IMG/VR virus record: IMGVR_UViG_3300030433_002720
Span: 1 to 28,354 of that record
Origin: a virus
Taxonomy: Duplodnaviria > Caudoviricetes
DNA: 28,354 nucleotides
Reading direction: 5' to 3' (one strand)
The position numbers were made by a program, and so were the translations under genes. The notes beneath the pieces were generated by a model. It saw nothing but the letters and a program-made list of their open reading frames with translations, searched no databases and had not been told where the DNA came from. Shown one piece after another: positions 25,806 through 28,354 of this stretch (positions within the stretch are counted from its first letter, which is position 1; the number at the start of each line of letters is the position of its first letter).

Positions 25806-28354
25806 TACTTATTTAGTTTTTTTTTGAGTTCTTTTACTTCTCCTTTAAGTTCTTTTACAGCTTCTATCAACACCGCAGTTAATTTTTCATAATCAACTGT
25901 CTTATATGTTCCTCCTTCTATTAAAGCCATTTTCTTTTCCCTTACTATTTCTGGTATAACCTCTTCTACTTCTTGTGCTATAACCCCTATATCTTTTTGT
26001 CCTTTTCTTGATGTAGCGTTCCACGTATATTCAACCCCCCTAAGTTTGCTTACTTTATCTAAGGAGTTTTCTAATGTTAATACGTTATCTTTTAATGCTT
26101 TATCTGATACTGTAGTAGAGTATGCTATAACATCACCATCAACATGAAGGTCACCATCAGTTTCAAAACGCATTTTCTCTGTGCCACTATGTTTCCATTG
26201 ATACCCATTTCCTTGATACGTACTAAATATAAAAGCATTTGACGCATAAAGTATAGAATTATTGTCATTATCTGCACCAAATCTTAAACCAGCTCCAATA
26301 GAATTTGCACCTATTCTAAGACGCATACCATCTGTTTGCATGGTTACGTTTCCATCTGATTTTACTGTGAGCCTTTCTGTATCATTTGTAGCAAATGCTA
26401 AATTTTGACTTTGGTCAGTCCATAAAAAAGCGTGTGAATCATTAACCCCTAATCTTAATCCGTGAGTTTGAGTGCCTCTTGTTATCTTAATACCTAAATT
26501 GGCACTAGCAGAGCTGTCGTGTACGTTTAATTTATCTTGAGGCGAAGTTGTTCCAATACCAATATTCCGCGTGGAATTATTAATTGTAAGTGCGATTTGA
26601 CCACCAGCTTGTAGTCTTGTATCTATTCCAGATTCGCCACCAAAAAACATAAATGAGGAATTAAAACCACTAAATCCTTTTGTAGCGCCTTGAGCATTAT
26701 ATTGAGTTAATGTATAATTTGTATCTGAATTATCTAGTTCTAAAACTGAATTTGAGCCAGATGTTTTAACTTCAAGTTGTGAGCCTGGTGATAACGTTCC
26801 TATTCCAACTTTACCACTGTGTGATATTCTAAGTGACTCTGCAAAATCACCAGAACCATCTGTTCCTTGAGTATAAAAAGCTAATCCTACAAAATCAGAA
26901 TCGTTATTTTCAGCAACAGCGGTAATCATTGCTCTTCTTCTAGAAGTACCTCCCATCCAAGTAATACCTCCATATGTTCTAGTATCAAAACCACCATGAC
27001 CATAAAGTAAAATACTGTCTTGCCCACTAGCTGTTTGAGTGGCAGTTCCATCTCTATCTGAGGTTTCTGACGTATTGTAAACGTGGAGCTTACCTAAAGG
27101 GTTATTTGTTCCTATACCAACTCCTGTATTATTAATACGTACTCTATGCGCACCTTGTGTTGCGATGTCTATTGCATTTGATGAAGCATGATAAAAACCT
27201 GTGTCTGTATCTCCTTCAAAAATTATAGACGGAGCGCCTACACTTCCACCAATAGCGTTTATTTGCCCTCCAAAAGTTGCTAAACCATTTTTATGTAAAG
27301 TAAGTTGTTCTTGAAAGCCACCATTAGCTGGACCTCTATAAAACTTTAAGTTACCATCTGTAGTACCTCTATCACTTATAGCCCATCTTATATTATTTTC
27401 TGTGTAACCACTACCATGACCAAAAAATATTTCAGCAACATCATCAGTGCCAGTACCATTAAGATGTAATTCACCTCTATCAGCACCTCTAAAAGCTCTA
27501 CCTAATAATTGATAATCTGCTTGTATATTTCCTGAAAAAGTTGCAACACCATCTTGATGTAAATTAAGTATTTTATTAAACGTACTTAAATCATGAGAAC
27601 CTCCAGTTGTGCCATGTTTTTTTACATAAAATTCTAAACCACCTACACCACCACTTGGCATCTTAATTATTGACATACCTGCACTAGCAGCACCAGCATA
27701 ATGAGGAGTGTAAGTTGCAGTTTGACCACCATCATAATCAGCATTAAATGTAATTTGTGCTGTGTTACTTGCGCCTGTTCCAATTTCTAAATATGCTCCA
27801 TTAGAAAAAATTGAAGTAGAATTAGTCTGTGTTATATCACCTGTTACATTTAAACTACCTGTATTTATTGTGCCAGAAAAATAACCATCTCTCCATTTAT
27901 TTGAATTAGAACCAATATCATTAGCAGCGTTAGCATCACCACCATCTGAATATGTACTTACAAAAGCAACGCTATCTTGTTTAAATCCTCTACCACCATC
28001 AGTTGTAAAAAACGGTGCTTTTACAAAACCTTCAAAAGTTGCGTTTTTAGAGGTGTCTATTGTTATAGCTTTTGCCCCGTTTTGAGTTATAGTAAATGAG
28101 TGATTGCTTGAAGAACCTACAAAAGTATCAAAATCATCGTGGTCAGCACCACCAAATAATATTTTATCTGTGGTTAAATCTTTTGTAAATATAAATCTTG
28201 AACTTACATTATCTGTACCTACCACATGAAGCGCTACAGATGGCGCTGTAATATCTCCTATACCAAGCCTATGAGCGTCTGTATAAAAATAATTTCCACT
28301 ACCAACATAATATAATTTTGCGTTACCACTATTATCAGTAAACTTAATACCCGT
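25805..28354 (-). CDS. Tail fibre with a C-terminal intramolecular chaperone (peptidase S74); 5' end lies outside the window
   Basis: The frame stays open past the track start (28225) to the window edge. Repeated GIG-x-P-x-L[HEN]V units; SDKALKDNV...KLRGVEYTW...GVIAQEVE...VDYEKL plus a coiled coil. Confidence 0.92.
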   Translation of the reverse strand, partial: TGIKFTDNSGNAKLYYVGSGNYFYTDAHRLGIGDITAPSVALHVVGTDNVSSRFIFTKDLTTDKILFGGADHDDFDTFVGSSSNHSFTITQNGAKAITIDTSKNATFEGFVKAPFFTTDGGRGFKQDSVAFVSTYSDGGDANAANDIGSNSNKWRDGYFSGTINTGSLNVTGDITQTNSTSIFSNGAYLEIGTGASNTAQITFNADYDGGQTATYTPHYAGAASAGMSIIKMPSGGVGGLEFYVKKHGTTGGSHDLSTFNKILNLHQDGVATFSGNIQADYQLLGRAFRGADRGELHLNGTGTDDVAEIFFGHGSGYTENNIRWAISDRGTTDGNLKFYRGPANGGFQEQLTLHKNGLATFGGQINAIGGSVGAPSIIFEGDTDTGFYHASSNAIDIATQGAHRVRINNTGVGIGTNNPLGKLHVYNTSETSDRDGTATQTASGQDSILLYGHGGFDTRTYGGITWMGGTSRRRAMITAVAENNDSDFVGLAFYTQGTDGSGDFAESLRISHSGKVGIGTLSPGSQLEVKTSGSNSVLELDNSDTNYTLTQYNAQGATKGFSGFNSSFMFFGGESGIDTRLQAGGQIALTINNSTRNIGIGTTSPQDKLNVHDSSASANLGIKITRGTQTHGLRLGVNDSHAFLWTDQSQNLAFATNDTERLTVKSDGNVTMQTDGMRLRIGANSIGAGLRFGADNDNNSILYASNAFIFSTYQGNGYQWKHSGTEKMRFETDGDLHVDGDVIAYSTTVSDKALKDNVLTLENSLDKVSKLRGVEYTWNATSRKGQKDIGVIAQEVEEVIPEIVREKKMALIEGGTYKTVDYEKLTAVLIEAVKELKGEVKELKKKLNK

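Noticed and set aside
1-28354. Stop-codon reassignment
   Set aside because: TAA, TAG and TGA all end genes at sensible, often overlapping, junctions, and long ORFs are intact in the standard code.
26480-28354. Tail-fibre repeats as a CRISPR array or DGR template/variable pair
   Set aside because: They are degenerate protein-level repeats; no near-identical DNA copies and no reverse transcriptase or cas gene in the window.

Overview
An AT-rich, densely coded fragment of a tailed dsDNA phage genome, probably a podovirus of Bacteroidota/Flavobacteria. Support for that host: TAnnTTTG-type promoter boxes, a BACON-like domain, and a three-ring-protein/nozzle/ejection-protein block. Bases 1-4504 (+) are a replication/recombination module: YqaJ-like nuclease, two SSB-like genes, an HTH initiator with internal iterons, DnaB helicase and a RusA-like resolvase. 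Bases 4501-28354 (-) are a converging late region. In transcription order it holds a 5'-truncated tail fibre with a peptidase-S74 chaperone, a GAMT/Rmt2-like methyltransferase, a BACON-like protein, an accessory chain (membrane coiled-coil paralogues, Trx-like, HMA), three ring proteins, a nozzle, three probable ejection proteins, and a lysis region interleaved with micro-ORFs. The most interesting signals are: (1) an A10 slippery site in the 1457-aa ejection gene that opens a structured -1 frame (NPFFGITIAGRFFGYRK*); (2) seven very basic small proteins co-transcribed with an arginine/guanidino-methyltransferase homologue; (3) an unlisted 49-aa Cys-rich peptide ending like the ribonucleotide-reductase redox tail; (4) an exported HMA/Trx-fold/membrane cassette. 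I saw no capsid, portal, terminase, tRNA or CRISPR. All family assignments come from motif recognition by eye, not database searches.
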